Shown here: positions 1-9,200 of the stretch, one piece after another | Position numbering within the stretch: position 1 is the stretch's first letter | Layout: every line of letters starts with the position of its first letter | Origin: Bdellovibrionia bacterium | GTDB taxonomy: Bacteria > Bdellovibrionota > UBA1018 | NCBI GenBank assembly: GCA_049424145.1 | Contig: JBMSSC010000018.1 | Location: forward strand, 1 to 29,039 | Direction: 5' to 3' | DNA length: 29,039 nucleotides | Notes under the pieces: model-generated | The model's database searches: none | Seen by the model: the letters and a program-made list of their open reading frames with translations, nothing else | What the model was told of the DNA's origin: nothing | Made by a program: the position numbers and the translations under genes

Positions 1-102
1 CCTCAGTCGCGCCCTGATACTGCCTCAGCTCCAAGTACCCCATCCTCCAATCCGAGTGCTGACTCTAAAACAGCAGCACCGTCACAAGGAGGAACTCGAT
101 GA
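1..102 (+). CDS. 3' end of an upstream operon gene (Pro/Ser/Ala-rich tail), truncated by the window edge
   Basis: Frame 1 is open from base 1 (PQSRPDTASAPSTPSSNPSADSKTAAPSQGGTR*). Its TGA (100-102) overlaps the next ATG (99-101) as ATGA, with AGGAGGA upstream. Confidence 0.7.
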   Translation, partial: PQSRPDTASAPSTPSSNPSADSKTAAPSQGGTR

Positions 103-1985
103 GGCTTCTCAGGCTTCTCCTCCTCGGCTCGATCTTGGGTTTAACCGCTCTTCCCCCTTGGGGCTCAACCGGGTTCGCATCGACTGATGATTCTTCAGTG
201 GTCGTTCGAGATTTGAACACAGCCTTAGAGTGGCAGAAAGTGAATCTCGAGGATCGTCTTCAAGCGAAGCTGATTAAGGCTATTAACCCAAGTATTCCGG
301 GTCAGTTTTTTATTGTGAATGTCAATTTAGAGCTCAAGCAAAAGCAAGACGACGTGGGAGATAGTACCGATGACTCGTCAGATCAGCTCGATTCTCCTCC
401 ATTGTTAGGTAAACTTGACTTGGAGGCGCCCAAGTTTCGGGAGAATAAAAAAGGCGAAGACGAGGATTCAAATATCTTTAAAAACATTCAAAAAGTAAGA
501 GTTAATGTCATCTTAGATCGGTCTGTGACCGAGGCAAAGAAAGAAGTCATTAAGAAGATCATTACTCCTGTGATTAGCTCTATCGGAGCTGAGTTACCCG
601 CTCTGGTCATTGATCAGGCTGAGTTGATCTCAGCAGAGCCTCAGGATCTCAAAAAGTGGCTCTACGATTTTAAGCAGCCGCTCGTTCTTTTAATTGTCGC
701 TTTGATTTTCGCCTTAGTGGTGATTTTTATATTTAATGGTTACCGGAAAATTGAATCCAGGAGAATCTCCATCCTTGAGTCTCAGAATAATCGAGCTGAA
801 ACCGAGGCCCAAACGCGGATTGAGAGAGAAACGGCGGAGGCGGAGCGAGCTGCAATCGCTTCCTCTGGATTAGGAGATCCACAAAAAGGCACTCTGGAAG
901 AAGGACGCCATCGAGAGGGTTTTGAAAAGTTTAAGATCTTATTGAAGGAATCGCCTGAGAAAGCCGCAGCTTTGGTGAAGCAGTGGGTGAAGGCTCCCGG
1001 TCGAGGCTCCTCTGAAGCGCTTGCGGTTCTGCCTCAAGAGTTAAGCACTGAAGAGATTCTTCTCGTATTCAAGCACATGAGCATGGACGATCGAAAGTCG
1101 TGGAGAAAGCTGCTGAGTCCTAACGTAGATCAAGCGACTCTAGCGGTTGCCTCACGGTTCATCTTCTCTCAAATTGTTGAGAGTCTACTGACGCCGCCTC
1201 CCATGATTAACGATGAGCTCCGTTCAATGATCTCTGAACTCAGTATCCCTGAGTGCATTGAAATTGCTTTACAGGACGCCGAACTGGGCGGTCTTCTAGT
1301 TAACATTCTCCCCTCCATGGAAGTGGGCAGGATGTTCTCTTTGATGAACCCTGAGTTAGCTAATACGGTCACCATTGCGAGTCTAAAGTTTTCTGAAGAA
1401 AGCATCCGTTTACGATCGAATGATCTGAAAGCGGCAATTGAAACCCTTAAGGGTAAAAGAAAACCCTCAACCGCTCCTTTTGTTGATGGAGCTACGGAGT
1501 TATTCAAGCACATCGGACCAGAAAAAGAGAGTCCCATCTTAGGTGCACTCATTGAATCTCAAGAGTTTGATTTACTCAATTCAGCAGTTCACCAATATTT
1601 TCCGGCGGAGTTAGTTTTTAAGTTACCCCCCAGGGTCTTAAAGCTCTGTCTGGATCGTTTGCCGATTCAAAAAAGAGCAGATTTTATACTCTCAACCGAT
1701 GAGGAATCTCAATCAATCCTACTGAACTCAGTCGGAAAGCCCGGGTCTAAGGTTCGTGATGTCATTGATGTGGAGGTTCAGCAGGCTAAGGAAGATGAGA
1801 TCCGAATGAAGAGGTTGGAGCGTAATAAAAGCGTTCTTTTAAAAGAGTTTTTGGATGTGGTGAGGCTTTTGATTCGAACGAATCAAGCCATTGAAGAACA
1901 AGCAGATGCCGTCATTGATGTTTGGCTCTCGGAAAAAACTGGGGGTCAAATTCAAGGGAGTTCTTATGCAAAAACATCGGCTTAA
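99..1985 (+). CDS. Putative FliF(RBM3+TM2+C-helix)-FliG fusion rotor protein
   Basis: Signal peptide (aa 1-27). RBM3-like split fold: LEDRLQAKL..IVNVNLEL, then an acidic insert, then IQKVRVNVILD..IKKII. One TM helix (aa ~195-212). FliF C-terminal-like motif PEKAAALVKQW (aa 286-296). Then FliG N/M/C-like helical segments, including YFPAE at the MFxF position, SKVRDVIDVE at the torque-helix position and FLDVVRLL. Same operon as motAB. Confidence 0.75.
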   Translation: MRLLRLLLLGSILGLTALPPWGSTGFASTDDSSVVVRDLNTALEWQKVNLEDRLQAKLIKAINPSIPGQFFIVNVNLELKQKQDDVGDSTDDSSDQLDSPPLLGKLDLEAPKFRENKKGEDEDSNIFKNIQKVRVNVILDRSVTEAKKEVIKKIITPVISSIGAELPALVIDQAELISAEPQDLKKWLYDFKQPLVLLIVALIFALVVIFIFNGYRKIESRRISILESQNNRAETEAQTRIERETAEAERAAIASSGLGDPQKGTLEEGRHREGFEKFKILLKESPEKAAALVKQWVKAPGRGSSEALAVLPQELSTEEILLVFKHMSMDDRKSWRKLLSPNVDQATLAVASRFIFSQIVESLLTPPPMINDELRSMISELSIPECIEIALQDAELGGLLVNILPSMEVGRMFSLMNPELANTVTIASLKFSEESIRLRSNDLKAAIETLKGKRKPSTAPFVDGATELFKHIGPEKESPILGALIESQEFDLLNSAVHQYFPAELVFKLPPRVLKLCLDRLPIQKRADFILSTDEESQSILLNSVGKPGSKVRDVIDVEVQQAKEDEIRMKRLERNKSVLLKEFLDVVRLLIRTNQAIEEQADAVIDVWLSEKTGGQIQGSSYAKTSA

Positions 1986-2577
1986 GATGCTCTTCACTAG
2001 CCTGTTAATGGCTTTATCAGTTGTACCTGTTGCCCAAGCAGCTCCCTTCTTGGGCTCTCAATTTCATATGAGGTTGGGACTTTTAAGTAGCAGCTTCTAT
2101 GGACCTACAACGGGTTCAAACTGGGTGCCTTATACGTTTGACCTGGAGTATGAGATCTTCTCCTCGAATCGAAGTTCTTACACCATTCGATCCATTCTTT
2201 CTTTTGATATCAGCACTTCTCGCATGGCGTATGCCTTTACAGGATTAGGGCGAAGGTACTACCTGAATTCCAGCGGATTAAGATATGAGCAGGAAAGCGG
2301 CATCAGTGGAGATCGCGTCACGACGATTCCTCGGTTTCGAACTTATGTGGGCGCTAAGCTTGGAGTTTCCCAAGTTCGGGTTAAAGATTTTGGACCGGCT
2401 CTTCAGATTCCAAGCACCCTATTTGACCTAGGCCCTGATTTAGGGGCCATTTATCAGATCACTCCTTCGCTAGGGGTGGAGATGAATGCAGGAGCCTCCT
2501 TGGGCTTAGGCTTTTCATCTGTTTCGGTCACTGGGATCTCTTATTACTTATTTTTGGGGGGGAGTTATTTTTTCTAA
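1966..2577 (+). CDS. Small outer-membrane beta-barrel protein (about 8 strands)
   Basis: Likely start ATG 1966 after AAGGGAG. Signal peptide ends AQA. Alternating amphipathic strands rich in Gly and aromatic residues. C-terminal GGSYFF resembles the BAM beta-signal. Confidence 0.75.
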   Translation: MQKHRLKMLFTSLLMALSVVPVAQAAPFLGSQFHMRLGLLSSSFYGPTTGSNWVPYTFDLEYEIFSSNRSSYTIRSILSFDISTSRMAYAFTGLGRRYYLNSSGLRYEQESGISGDRVTTIPRFRTYVGAKLGVSQVRVKDFGPALQIPSTLFDLGPDLGAIYQITPSLGVEMNAGASLGLGFSSVSVTGISYYLFLGGSYFF

Positions 2578-2604
2578 AACCTGCATTTCGAAACGAGGCT
2601 GGAT

Positions 2605-3405
2605 TTGAATTTCAAATCAATTCTCGCATTTATTTTAGCGGGTGCGGTTCTCTTTTACGGAGTTCTTGAATCCGGGAACACTACGATTTTTCTCAACACT
2701 CATGCCATGTTGATTGTTTTTGGGGGCAGTGTTGCTGCAGGATCGATCTCGTTTCAGATCGATCGAATCTTCATGATGTTTCGAGTGTTCGTCAAAAGAG
2801 TGATTCAGGGTAGAACTCAGGACTATGTCACGCTCATTAGACAGCTCATGTTGCTAAGTGATGCCTATCGAAAAAAGTCAGCCGACCTAGAAGTTCTGAT
2901 CGACTCGAGTGAAGATTTATTTTTAAAAGAATCATTTTTACTCATGATGGATGAAATCCTAGATGAAGAGACTTTAATTCGGGTTTTAAGGACACGGGTC
3001 AATACCTTCTATCAGCGTCAGATGGAAGAGATGATAAAGTTTAAAACGGTCGGGAAGTACCCTCCTGCATTTGGACTGATGGGGACCACCTTGAGTATGA
3101 TTACGCTTTTACAGAAGCTGGGTCAGGCAGGCGGCCAAAAGGTTATTGGTCCTGCAATGGCCTTGGGATTAGTAGCCACCTTCTTTGGACTGGCTCTGTC
3201 TAACCTGGTTTTCAATCCGATTTCCGAAAATCTTCAGGATAGCGCTAGGGAAAATAAGACGAAAAACATGATTATTGTTGAAGGAATTCGTCTGATTCTT
3301 CAAGGTACCAGTCCCGTGATTCTAGCAGAGGAGCTCAACTCATTTCTCTTACCCAGTGAGAGGATTGACTGGAGAAAAGTCGAAGGATTGGGGAAAACCG
3401 CATGA
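2605..3405 (+). CDS. motA: Stator A subunit MotA/PomA
   Basis: TTG start. Motifs IVFGGS, YRKK..DLE (charged rotor-facing helix), PPAFGLMGT and GPAMALGLVATFFG..NLVFNPI. Confidence 0.93.
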   Translation: MNFKSILAFILAGAVLFYGVLESGNTTIFLNTHAMLIVFGGSVAAGSISFQIDRIFMMFRVFVKRVIQGRTQDYVTLIRQLMLLSDAYRKKSADLEVLIDSSEDLFLKESFLLMMDEILDEETLIRVLRTRVNTFYQRQMEEMIKFKTVGKYPPAFGLMGTTLSMITLLQKLGQAGGQKVIGPAMALGLVATFFGLALSNLVFNPISENLQDSARENKTKNMIIVEGIRLILQGTSPVILAEELNSFLLPSERIDWRKVEGLGKTA

Positions 3406-4184
3406 GCGATCCCAATGAACTCAGATTATCCTTGGCACGAAGTGAAGGCCTCTTCAATGAGGCAAGTGAATTGGATTCCTTCCACGAGTCCACCGATTCA
3501 AACGAAGAACCTTGGCTCATCTCTTATGCCGATTTAATGACTCTTCTTTTTGGTTTTTTTGCGATGCTGTTTTCCTATGTGAGCCTGGACGATGATGCGA
3601 GTGTGAAAGTCAACAAGGAGCTGGTGAAGTACTTTGGCGGTGTGTATGTGTCCCCCGCCCAAAAGTTGACTGAAGAAGTGAAAGATCAGTGGTCCAAAGG
3701 GCCCTATAAAAAAGAGATGGATGTGAAGGTTCAAGAGGATGGACTAGAAATTAGCTTTATCACCTCCCTACTCTTTGAACCGGGGAAAGCCAATCTTCTT
3801 CCAGAATCATTAGCTCCTTTAAAAGTCTTGATTCAGCTGATTAAAGATGCAGAAAAAGGCACAGAGGTGAGAGTTGAAGGTCATACCGATGACAATCCCA
3901 TTTCAAGCTCCGTGTTCCCTTCAAATTGGGAGTTAAGCTCAGCTCGTGCAGCTGCAATTGTACGCATGTTTCAGTCCGAGGGATTTCCCGAAGAGAGGCT
4001 CTCACTTGCGGGCTATGGGGCAAGCAGGCCTGCTTATCCCAATCGTGATTCGAGCGGAGAAAAGATTGTTGAAAACCAGTCACTCAATCGACGAGTGGTG
4101 GTGAAGGTGATTCTTCCTAAGGGTCAGAAAAAGAGCGTTCCGCTCCCCGTAAGAGAGATGCCTGGTGGAAAAAATGGAGAATAA
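3402..4184 (+). CDS. motB: Stator B subunit MotB/PomB with OmpA-like peptidoglycan-binding domain
   Basis: WLISYADLMTLL carries the conserved ion-binding Asp. Also GHTD, FPSNWELSSARA and NRRV. ATGA overlap with motA. Confidence 0.95.
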   Translation: MSDPNELRLSLARSEGLFNEASELDSFHESTDSNEEPWLISYADLMTLLFGFFAMLFSYVSLDDDASVKVNKELVKYFGGVYVSPAQKLTEEVKDQWSKGPYKKEMDVKVQEDGLEISFITSLLFEPGKANLLPESLAPLKVLIQLIKDAEKGTEVRVEGHTDDNPISSSVFPSNWELSSARAAAIVRMFQSEGFPEERLSLAGYGASRPAYPNRDSSGEKIVENQSLNRRVVVKVILPKGQKKSVPLPVREMPGGKNGE

Positions 4185-4192
4185 AGATCTGA

Positions 4193-5263
4193 GTGATGTT
4201 GGAAAAAAAGGAAAGTGGCATGTGGAGAACCAATAAAGGATGGATTTTGATCTTCAGTGTTTTTTTTCTTGCCTCAGTAGGTCTCTTGCTTCCAATTTTA
4301 AAGACCAATCCAGTGGATTTAGAAAAACAGCGGCTTGAGAATCTCTTTGAACAAGACCGCAAGATACTGAAAAAAAAAGACGCCACTGAGTCTCAAGTTT
4401 ATGCAGCTCTGGTGCGCCTTGCAAAAGTCCATGACCCACTTGCGCTTGAGTATGCAATGGAGAGAAAGGCAACGGCATCTTCTTTTTTAAAAAAAGCATT
4501 GGCTGAGGTATTTGGATTTTTTGACACTCCTGAGACGCATCAGGGACTTTTGGATCTGAGTCGGGATTCGAATCTCGATGTGAGACTCGCCGTGGTTTCA
4601 TCCCTGACCCACTCACAGCTTCCTAAGAGGGAGGAGCTCTTAGGTCGTCTCTTGGAAAATGAGTCCGCACAGCCCGTTGAGCGAATTACCATCCTTGCAA
4701 CGCTCATCCAGGTGACTTCTTCTGCGGAGTTGAGAAAAAAAACAATTGAGCAGCTCCTCTCGGTGATGAGCACTCATGGAGAGATTGAGGTTCCCCGTTC
4801 GACTTTGATTTTGGTGGTTAACTCAGCAGCTGTGAGTCCTGAGATTCAGGAGTTTCTGAAAAAGATTTTGGATCAGCGAAAGTTCCCAGCCCTGGGGGGG
4901 CTTGCTGTTCGTCAGCTTGCAGCCTTAAGAAATCCTTGGTTGAAATCAAAAGCTCAGGACTTGTCGAAAAGTCCTGATTCCCAGGTCAGGCTTGCACTGG
5001 TTGAGAGTCTTCATTGGATCTGTCCAAAAGACCTATGGAGACTTATCGGTGACCTGCTTGTGAATGAAAAAGATCGGGATGTGCAATCGGCGCTTTTAGA
5101 TGAGCTTCAGCTCTTGGTCTCAAGATCCAGTATCCCTGAGGTGGAGCGAATCTTAAAGAATGCCAATTTGGAACACTCCGTTCAGCAGAGGCTCAAAGCA
5201 TGGGTCAATCAGGCTCTAAGGAAACAAACCGTTCAGCCCGCGTTCTGCGCTTCTGGGTCTTAA
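4193..5263 (+). CDS. Membrane-anchored HEAT-repeat protein
   Basis: N-terminal hydrophobic helix. HEAT-like units LSRDSNLDVRLAVVSSL, LSKSPDSQVRLALVESL and LVNEKDRDVQSALL. Starts 8 nt after motB. Confidence 0.8.
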   Translation: MMLEKKESGMWRTNKGWILIFSVFFLASVGLLLPILKTNPVDLEKQRLENLFEQDRKILKKKDATESQVYAALVRLAKVHDPLALEYAMERKATASSFLKKALAEVFGFFDTPETHQGLLDLSRDSNLDVRLAVVSSLTHSQLPKREELLGRLLENESAQPVERITILATLIQVTSSAELRKKTIEQLLSVMSTHGEIEVPRSTLILVVNSAAVSPEIQEFLKKILDQRKFPALGGLAVRQLAALRNPWLKSKAQDLSKSPDSQVRLALVESLHWICPKDLWRLIGDLLVNEKDRDVQSALLDELQLLVSRSSIPEVERILKNANLEHSVQQRLKAWVNQALRKQTVQPAFCASGS

Positions 5264-5540
5264 ATTGAGATAGCTAAAATATTTTTTTGGCTCAATCAAA
5301 AAGATCTATTTTTTAGATGAGCTAAGAGTTAATTTTTCATTCAAACCGAAGTGATCTAAAAATTGAAGCAGATTAAGATAGTTCTTTATTTAAAATTAAA
5401 ATAAATTATAGATCAATTCCAATTATAAGTTAGATTTCTCATCATAAAAAAAGATGATAAATTTTTTTTATAATTTAATTGTTTATATCGATTTAAACAG
5501 TTTTAGCTCCTTTGGTCAGGTCTTTTTTTAGGTTGGTTGT
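5264..5540. promoter_or_regulatory. Very AT-rich intergenic or promoter region marking the start of the toxin island
   Basis: Sharp drop in GC with A/T tracts and no ORF. Confidence 0.5.
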
Positions 5541-6218
5541 ATGGACTTAAGAAGTAAGGGTTTTTGTTTTTTACTCCTCTTTTTTGCTTTTCAAAGCTTA
5601 TCGGTTTTAGCCAGTGATGATCGCGTTGGAGATATTCGATACTCGATTTTATCTGAGGGACAGTTTCAAGCGCTTCATGGAAAAGACTGGGAGATTTTGC
5701 GTGGCCAGGAAGTGCCGCTCGACTCTCAGCTTAGAGAGTTTTGGAATGCACCGAACGTTCCTGATTCCCGAGGCGTATTTTTGAGGTGTGCAAATCAGAA
5801 TCGAGCCCGAGAACAAGGAAATCCAGAAGGTGATCTTGAGGTGGGAGCTTACCAAGCAGATCAGTTTAAGGAGCATAATCATGGTGGAGGAAATCACCAT
5901 CATCATACTTTCCTCGAGCTGACTGCTTCAAGAAACTCAGATGGAAATGTTCGTAACACAGTTGCTAACTATCCTCTTTATCAAAGTCCCGTTCAAACTA
6001 CGGACTCAGGAGAGATCATCAAGCCTGAAGGCGATCAGGAGACCCGTCCTCGTTGTGTCACCGTCAACGCCTTCATTAAAATTCAGGAGAGTTCCAGAAA
6101 CTTGGATGCGCGGGCCAACTCTCTGCACGACTTAATTGAGCGTTTGATGTCGTCTTCGGAGTTTCTTGATTTCATCAGAAATTCTATCGTTTCCAATTTA
6201 AAAAACTTTAAGCTCTAG
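5541..6218 (+). CDS. Exported phage tail-collar / tail-fibre-like protein
   Basis: Signal peptide ends SVLA. Collar-type motifs VGDI..W..LRGQ, VPDSRGVFLR, VGAYQADQFKEHNH and ETRPRCVTVNAFIKI. Confidence 0.75.
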   Translation: MDLRSKGFCFLLLFFAFQSLSVLASDDRVGDIRYSILSEGQFQALHGKDWEILRGQEVPLDSQLREFWNAPNVPDSRGVFLRCANQNRAREQGNPEGDLEVGAYQADQFKEHNHGGGNHHHHTFLELTASRNSDGNVRNTVANYPLYQSPVQTTDSGEIIKPEGDQETRPRCVTVNAFIKIQESSRNLDARANSLHDLIERLMSSSEFLDFIRNSIVSNLKNFKL

Positions 6219-6230
6219 GCAGGTCAGTCA

Positions 6231-9200
6231 ATGAGTCATTCGATTTTGGACTTCGTCTTCAAGCGAAAACCCATGAGGGGAATTTATGCCTTTCTCAGGG
6301 TAGGGCTACTGGGTTTCTTCTTCCTCGTCCAAGTTGCGGACGCAGCGGACCCAAGACTGAGGATTCAGTTCCAGGACCCATCGGGTCAGTGGATTCAGAC
6401 TGAATTCATGTGTTCTTTAGGTTCACATTCACGGGAGAAAGTGACTCCTCAGTCCCTTCCTGGAGTTTCTCTGCGTTGGGATTCAAACTGTGCACGGGTT
6501 GCTCTGACATTTCATGGAGAGTCCGAATCTTCGCCTCGTCAAGTGAGTTGGCAAATTCACTCCACTCGGGAGATCGAATTAACGGGCTTGCTTTCAGTTC
6601 CTCTTTCCGTTCTTGCCCCAAGACTCAAGATTGTTCGTGAGTGGTCTTCCCCTGAACTGGGGTTTTCATTTGAATCCAAGGACTCCTTAGCAGGGAGAAA
6701 AGCTCAGGGCCTCATGATCGTTCAGGAGAACAGTGTTCTATCGCTGGGACACCTGAGACTCAAGAATGCTGAGGTGAACAATCAGGGGCGCATTGAAGTC
6801 ATTTCAGGAAAAGCACCTGGTCGTTCTTTAGAGACTCGCGGATTCGTAGTTGGATTAGAAAATTCGACCTTGAGGAATCAAGGAGTGATCGATTTAGGTG
6901 ATTCCGGTTTGTTTGAGTTGGGGAAATCAGGCCCAGGGCAATCGGAGTTCATTCAAGAGGGGCGTGTTCGAGCCTCTTCAATTCAACTCGGGCAGGTCTT
7001 TGCTCCGCTTGACGTTGTACTGAATTCTTCTCAAGGCTGGATTCAGGGGGATCATCTGGTTGGGGGAGTCCGAGAGCTCACCAATCGGGGTCAAATTCAC
7101 GCATCAAAAAGGATTGGGATTTATGGCAAAAAGCTTCAAAACCCATCGGGAAGCCTGAGATCAGAGGGGGAGCTCATCCTCTGGTTTGAGACGATTGAAA
7201 ATCAAAAGGGAAGCCTCCTGGGAGTCCAAGGGACCACCTTGCACATCAGTGGAGAGTTAGAGAATTCGTTAGGGTTCATTGGAAGCGAAACCGGACCCAC
7301 GGAGCTGGACTTTTCTGATTCCGGATCGGCTTCAGCTCTAGGTGGGGTTTTCGGCACAGAAGTTCATTTGAATGTGAGTCGATCCTCCTCCGTTGAGTTG
7401 CGTCAGGGTTTCGTGCAGGCCAAGGAGAGTATTTCCTTATTTTCTCTCGAGAAGGTGAATCTTCCCGAGGTCCAAATTCAAACTCCTCTTCTCAATCTCT
7501 CCGTTCCTGATTTTCAGCTTGAGCCACTTTTGGATTGCACAACTACGGTAATCCACTGCAATCCGAGGCGAGATTTCTGTTTGACTTCGCCCTTCATGAG
7601 TCAGGGAGAGATTCGATTTTTAGAGTCGGATTACTGCAGGGTTCCAAAAAAGACTGACGGAGCTCAGTCCTCTGTGAGTTCAGGGAGCTCTTCCTCTCAA
7701 GCGCTCTGGTCGTTAAAGGCTGAATTCTTAAGACCAGATTGGATTATTGAGGAGAAAACCCAAGCGCTAGTAAAAAAAATGGGAGATCTTGGCGTTTTCT
7801 TTGAAAGGGATCAGGGCTATGCCTCTCAATACACTGTTTCCATCGAGTCCAATTTAACTTCCGCACAAGGTGTTCACTTTTTACTCCCAGAAGGACGCGT
7901 TTTTGTTGGGCACCAAAACAGCAACGGAGAAGCTGGGATCTATGCTGAATCCTTGAGGGTTTCGACGAATTATTTTCTTCTCCACCACGGAACAGTCTCC
8001 ACAGTAGATGCCTATGTGGCAGCTCCAGCGGGTCTTCATCTCGGGGCCTTGGAGAAAGATGCAGATCAAGGAGTTCAAGTTGGGGAGCAGAGCTTTCCCC
8101 TTTTGCGCCGCGGGAACACTTTATGGACGACTGCTAGCGATTGCTACTTGAAGGGGCCATTGAACTGTTCAGGAACCCTAGAAATTGGGCGTCATCTCGT
8201 TTTAGATTCAGAAAAGAGACAATACCTTCAATCACCGGACATTCACGTTCATGGAAATCTCTTGCTAAAAGGTGAAGGACCGTTGAAGGTCATTCGTCAT
8301 CTGGGTGAGCACCGCTATGACCAAACGCTTCCCTTGTCCTCTGAGCTTTACTCTGAGGCGGAAAAGTTTCGGGTTGATGGCGAGATTTTGGGCATGAACG
8401 CGGCCCGAATGGAGCTATTTGGAACGAGCCTGTTTGCTGATCAGAGCAATTCGGGGCTGACCTTTCAGCGGGTTAACACGATTAAGAGTAAACCAATCAC
8501 ATTCCCTGGCGAGGAGCCTCAAAAAGAGTTTCGATCCAACGTGAGTGCTCGTGAATCAGGAATCATGAGGCTTGAAGGGAGCCAGAGTCAGGGCACTCTT
8601 TTCACAGAGGATGTTTTTCTCATTGAAGATGAAGGTCAGTGCTGTCTGTTCGCCAAAAATCCTTACTACTTTCCATCCAAAGACCCCCTTCACTCCCTTG
8701 AAATTCGAGATTTAAAAAACCCCAAGTACTTTCACCATCCTAACTTAAAAGCCGCTCTGGCCGAGAATAATTCGAGTCGTTTTGGGTTTGAGTGGAGAGA
8801 AAGGTCATTTTTTAACCCCAAGCAAAGTAATGATTGGATTCAAAGTATCCAACCCCACCTGGTCATCAATGACGCAAATGGAAACTTCAGCCTATTAGCC
8901 AACGAAGAGGTGGTTTTTGAGCTGAGTCCCAAGATTCTTTTGGCCCAAGTGCAAGCTGCCGCTCAAGAGACCCTCAAACGGAGTTACATTGATCCAAAGC
9001 ACCCGCTGGATCTGGATTACCTTGCTCAACTTCATCGGAATGCCTCTCAGCATTTAGAACAGCAGCAGATTTTCCGGAACTCAAAGGGAAAATCAGATCT
9101 GTCCGCGCCTCTCTTGAATTCGGTGTTTCATCATCCCAAGTCCTCAGATCAAGCCCCAACTGCTCCGCTCATTTTTTACCAAGCCGTTGAATCAGACGAG

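Noticed and set aside
1891..1965. Longer TTG-started N-terminus of the barrel gene
   Set aside because: ATG 1966 has an RBS and gives a normal signal peptide; the extension overlaps the upstream gene extensively.
2605..4184. ExbBD/TolQR/AglRQS or ZorAB instead of MotAB
   Set aside because: The WxxxYAD and NWELS..RA OmpA motifs and the MotA length and motifs are flagellar-stator type. There is no long ZorA tail and no zorC/D/E.
5541..6218. Prophage or tailocin
   Set aside because: A lone collar-like gene with a signal peptide; no sheath, tube, baseplate, capsid or integrase genes.
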